Positions 63,704 through 64,000 of a DNA stretch of 64,000 nucleotides are shown here, one piece after another (the first letter of the stretch is position 1; each line of letters begins with the position of its first letter). Source of the DNA: Syntrophales bacterium (GTDB lineage: Bacteria; Desulfobacterota; Syntrophia; Syntrophales; UBA4778); contig CAXXQE010000006.1 of NCBI GenBank assembly GCA_963665615.2, positions 310,001 through 374,000 on the forward strand, written 5' to 3'. The position numbers and the translations under genes were made by a program. Under the pieces are notes generated by a model. The model was not told the DNA's origin. It was given only the letters and a program-made list of their open reading frames with translations, and made no database searches.

Positions 63704-64000
63704 TTATTGCAGCTGTTCACCCATCCGCTTTTGAATACGCTGCGCCTCCTCGACCATGCGATCCATCAACTCTGCGACCGATGGGACATCGTGGAGCAGA
63801 CCGACAACCTGACCGAGCGGAAGAACACCCTTTTGTGTATCCCCTTCTTCCGTGGCGAGGCGGTACAGTTCCCCGCCGATTGCCAGATGGGCAAGCTGAA
63901 GGGATTTTTTTGTCCCCTGGGAAATCGCGGCCACGACCAGCTTCGCAAAGGGGATATTCATGTCTTTGGTGACTTTTTTAGCCGATTTCAAGGCCGCCAC
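63704..64000 (-). CDS. Nitronate monooxygenase/FabK-like flavoprotein, C-terminal fragment cut by the window edge
   Basis: GDTQKGVLPLGQVVGLLHDVPSVAELMDRMVEEA is a typical NMO/FabK-family C-terminus. Confidence 0.75.
   Translation of the reverse strand: MAALKSAKKVTKDMNIPFAKLVVAAISQGTKKSLQLAHLAIGGELYRLATEEGDTQKGVLPLGQVVGLLHDVPSVAELMDRMVEEAQRIQKRMGEQLQ

Overview
This is a 64-kb chromosomal window from an anaerobic bacterium. Gene content suggests a Desulfobacterota/Syntrophia-like organism, which is an inference. From left to right it carries: a 5'-truncated membrane-anchored linalool isomerase/dehydratase (Lis/Ldi)-family gene; a Cu(I) P1B-ATPase with an HMA/DsbD-like partner; a complete N-type ATPase operon (atpDCQRBEFAG); a TetR-controlled RND efflux operon; and a moeB-aor-moaD tungstoenzyme cluster. 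Next comes a ~14-kb island beside tRNA-Met, bounded by a 28-bp direct repeat. After it lie an FG-GAP protein, nfo, a gpsA-like gene, an 11-subunit complex I (nuoABCDHIJKLMN, no nuoEFG) and an acyl-CoA degradation cluster (two thiolases, an Ltp3/Ltp4-like pair with an OB-fold partner, Hbd, two crotonases, an NMO-family fragment). The best candidate for an undescribed system is the island. It encodes a sigma54 activator and -24/-12 promoter, two tandem ~93%-identical glycyl radical enzymes with non-canonical, mutually different Cys loops (GCIH vs GCIG), a polyferredoxin-like protein, an SDR, two paralogous Cys-motif proteins of unknown function and an EthD-like protein. It has no radical-SAM activase. 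Several REP/MITE-like palindrome families are scattered through the window, including a 30-bp hairpin nested inside other repeats. All calls come from reading motifs by eye; no database searches were run.
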